The notes under the pieces: generated by a model | What the model saw: only the letters and a program-made list of their open reading frames with translations | Database searches by the model: none | What the model was told of the DNA's origin: nothing | Program-made: the position numbers and the translations under genes | NCBI GenBank assembly: GCA_973895155.1 | Contig: OZ316893.1 | Coordinates: forward strand, 2,748,430-2,812,429 | DNA length: 64,000 nucleotides | Direction: 5' to 3' | From: Marsupella aquatica | Taxonomy: Eukaryota; Plantae; Marchantiophyta | In this document: one piece after another, positions 62,475-64,000 of the stretch | Numbering within the stretch: the stretch's first letter is position 1 | Layout: each line of letters opens with the position of its first letter

Positions 62475-64000
62475 ATATGCATGGATAAAAGTATACACAT
62501 ACTTTATACAGAAAAAGGCCAAATAGAGAACAAAAGAATAAACAAGAGAGGTCCCAAGTGGACAAAACCAAATGCAAAAGAAGTGAGCAAAAGGAAACCC
62601 TAACAATCAAGAAAGAGGAACTAAAAAAAGTGAGCAAAAGGAAACCCCTAAAAACCAAGAAAGAGTAACTAAAACTACCGCAAATGGACCGAGGTCCTCA
62701 TCATACCTAGCAAATGTGGCAACAAGTTAGTGGTCTACATCAAGTGTCGAAACTAGATCGGCAAGTGGGACAGGAATGTCCTCTAGGGGGGCTAGCCGCT
62801 GCGGAGTCACACTAGCACCCACTGTCAGAGATTGACGATAGACGGCCCGAGCTTGAGCACGCTATAAGGTGACTGAAATGCGTTGGCGAAAGTGCGTGGT
62901 CAAAACAGATAGTGGGGGCCCGATGGGACCCATCCGGCCGTGAACATCCCGAGCAGTTTGGCGAAGAAGCCCGTCGAACTGATGATGGAGACGCCCAAAT
63001 ATCTCAAGAGCAAGGGGCAGGAAGCTATCAGATGAAGCTCGTGCAGCATATTTGGCCTCCTTCGTTGTTGCTGCTCGTGATGCTGCTGCCCCTGCCGTTG
63101 TTGCTGCTGTCCCAATGATATTTTGGCGCAATGGGTTTGCCACCACTACATCTGCCAAAGTACGGTGACCGTCACGGACCATGGTAAGATCCACCCGTAA
63201 CCGTTGTGATGGAGGACCAGGTAACTCGAGCACCACCTCCTGCCGCGCATAGACCAAAGAGCCAGAGAGAACCTGAGCAGTCGCATCTCTCACAGCGTCG
63301 TGAACAAAAATGGTTTCGCCGCCCAAACTGCATCGAAGAAGATGGACACCTGTGGCATCACAAGGCTTCCCACAAGTGCAAGTAGGAGGTAAACCAGCAA
63401 GAAGTGGGTGGGGCAAGCCCATACGAAGACGCATGGCTGTCGCAAACTCCGCTGAAGACATCCGTAGGTGAGGAATGACTGGATTGGCCTGAAGCCAACC
63501 TCCTGCGCCCTTCCCTCCGGAAGAAAGAATCCGAGCTCGGTCCGTGTCAGGTGCCTCAGTGAGGACGCTGGAAAGGGTGAAAGCGTGCATACGCCCAGCA
63601 AGGTCTGCCTGAAGACGGACGGGGTCCAAGGATAAAAACTCCTGGAATGAAGGTAACGCAGCTCGAACAGGATCGGGTAATGATGACCGCGCCATGCGCA
63701 AATGAACCTGAAATGGGAGGGAACCCTCCTCGACCTCCATGAGAGATGAAAGTAAAAAAGGTCGATCCTCAGTAAGGAAACGATCAGCCAACAATGAGAA
63801 GGCGGCCGCCCACGCGCCCAAGAAGGCCAAAGGTGCAAGGCGCTCAGTGGAAGTAAGCCCAAAACCACCGTGAGAAATAGGAAGACTGAGCTGTCGATGA
63901 AGCCACGGAGATGAGAGTAAAGTACCTGGCCCTAAAAGAGAGGCCAAAGTCTCACGAATGGGGACATCAAACGCTCCAAGGTGTAGATAAAGATCCTCGG
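62475..64000 (-). mobile_element. Second CRE-like non-LTR element, 3' part (cut by the window edge)
   Basis: Collinear with ~6145-7665; 361-aa ORF 62862-63947 with CTCGKPCDATGVHLLRC and RLE motifs; premature TAG at 62862-62864, natural stop at 62727-62729. Confidence 0.92.

Noticed and set aside
1-64000. rRNA, tRNA genes, CRISPR arrays or prokaryotic defence operons
   Set aside because: None seen; spliceosomal introns and plant TEs indicate a eukaryotic nuclear locus

Overview
Eukaryotic, land-plant-like genomic DNA (probably a seed-free lineage; inference) dominated by nested transposable elements around two host genes. The host genes are an 11-exon PDK1 AGC kinase with a PH domain and an unusual ~200-aa acidic C-terminal extension (28427-34465), and an intronless uncharacterised plant-type gene (59940-60716). 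Mobile content: three full-length, mutually diverged Ty1/copia (Tnt1/Tork-like) LTR elements with 5-bp TSDs; two recognisable and one decayed CRE-clade RLE non-LTR retrotransposons; several MITEs with 8-bp TSDs; a SINE-like insert; and a 4-bp-TSD TIR element. Two signals stand out. (1) A DNA transposon with 215-bp TIRs and an 8-bp TSD (17071-26908) carries a truncated ORF resembling the N-terminal half of fungal TET/JBP DNA dioxygenases, i.e. a possible KDZ/Zisupton-like element carrying a DNA-modifying enzyme in a plant. (2) An in-frame UGA lies at the identical gag/pol boundary in all three copia elements, suggesting programmed readthrough or another recoding mechanism. All homology calls were made by eye or from memory; no searches were run.
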